A stretch of 37,715 nt of DNA. Source: Sphacelaria rigidula (taxonomy: Eukaryota). The position numbers were made by a program, and so were the translations under genes. The stretch is taken from assembly GCA_964200075.2 (NCBI GenBank), contig CAXNAA020000015.1, forward strand, positions 1-37,715, written 5' to 3'. This document shows positions 36,679-37,715 of the stretch, one piece after another. The notes below the pieces were generated by a model. The model searched no databases, was not told where the DNA came from, and worked only from the letters and a program-made list of their open reading frames with translations. Every line of letters begins with the position of its first letter. Position 1 is the stretch's first letter.

Positions 36679-37387
36679 GCGGAAACAGTTGTGAACGAGG
36701 ACAACGGGGCGCAGGCACACGATCGGAATACGGTCACCTCCGCCGCAGAGCCGGACGCCACTGTGAGTGAGACCGATGAAGGCACCCAACCATTCGGTGG
36801 TCAGCAGACCCTTGTTGTTCCTACAAATACAGGCTTTTCAGCCAAAGCACACCTTGAACAAGTCGTAGTTGTAACGGAGACAACCGATCCCCTTGTGAAC
36901 AACGATGAACACTTCGTTTTGAAGGCAGCAGATGCAGGCGCCGACCGAAGTGAGACACGTCAAGTGAAGAAAGGTTCTGAAGCGGCGAAAACAATGCAAG
37001 GCATGCCGCTCGCCAACGATATCCATCAACTGTGCACTGCACCGCCGTCCGAGGTGGACCCCACCGATAGTGATGTACCGGCAAGGGAGAGCTGCGCGAA
37101 TGTAAAGTTAGATGCATCACTCAATACGGACGACGATTATCATACACTACATGATACCTCGACTGGGTCCCGAGTGCAAGATTTGCCGGCAACAGCACTC
37201 GCCGAAGTGAACGTTACCATCACGTCGGGCGAGGGGACACCGCCAGACACTGTTGTAGAGGCTACGGTGGTCCAGCCCAAAACCACCGAACCGGAGAAGC
37301 TGACGGTACCTTCGATACACATGGGCGACAACGGCGCTGTGGGTAGAAGCATTGCGGCACCGCCCTCTGCTTTAGACGATAAACGAG
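36679..37387 (+). CDS. Continuation of the giant gene's reading frame 3' of the MITE (acidic, non-repetitive); expressed only if the MITE is spliced or absent, otherwise a relic
   Basis: Open ~236 codons with the same composition, in frame with the giant ORF once 253 nt are removed. Ends at donor AG|GTGAGC (37388) or TGA 37399-37401. Confidence 0.6.
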
Positions 37388-37502
37388 GTGAGCGCAAGTG
37401 AAACCTTGATATTGACGTCGTAGTCACCGCAGACACTATCGAGGTTGTTGGCATTTCGTCACACACAGCCGGAGGTGGCGATAAAACAATACGCTTTTGT
37501 AG

Positions 37503-37705
37503 GCGAGATGGGAAGGGGCGAAGTCACCCCGCCACTGACCTCAGGCGTTAATTTGGACCAAGCAGACGGTCAGGGTATGGATGATAATGTTGGAGTATCA
37601 AAAGATACCATAAAGCCTACTGACGTGTCGTTACTGGGGGACACAAGTGTCACAGAGTCATCCTACGATAGGGGGGGGGGCTTACTCATTTGTTGCTTGC
37701 CTTAG
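37503..37705 (+). CDS. Candidate further exon (GEMGRGEVTPPLTSG...)
   Basis: Acceptor cgcttttgtag| is phase-1 compatible with donor 37388 and the composition is similarly acidic. The 3' end runs through a G10 tract and is uncertain. Confidence 0.4.
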
Positions 37706-37715
37706 CCGTGTGACC

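Noticed and set aside
36162-36785. 207-aa minus-strand ORF with a hydrophobic stretch spanning the MITE
   Set aside because: Chimera of antisense exon and element sequence; no transposase motif recognised.
37671-37715. G10 tract as the end of a second MITE
   Set aside because: Following bases do not match the MITE terminus and the window ends, so it cannot be supported.

Overview
Eukaryotic, intron-containing DNA. Splice signals, intron sizes and undepleted CpG are consistent with a stramenopile such as a brown alga, but that is inference. Almost the whole window is one + strand gene whose start lies upstream. Five small exons (530-3752) encode a basic series of IQ-like calmodulin/light-chain-binding motifs. 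They splice in phase 0 into a single uninterrupted ~31.4 kb exon (5046-36431) encoding ~10,460 acidic residues, mostly ~73 diverged tandem copies of a 411-bp/137-aa unit. The giant ORF stops inside a ~250-bp inverted-repeat element (MITE-like, CAG duplication); removing it rejoins the frame to 37401. Splice signals around the element and a phase-compatible 115-nt intron at 37388-37502 could extend the protein. The array records its own history: frame-preserving indels, microhomology deletions, nested repeat subfamilies and a telomere-repeat insertion at one junction. No RNA genes, CRISPR arrays or autonomous transposons were recognised.
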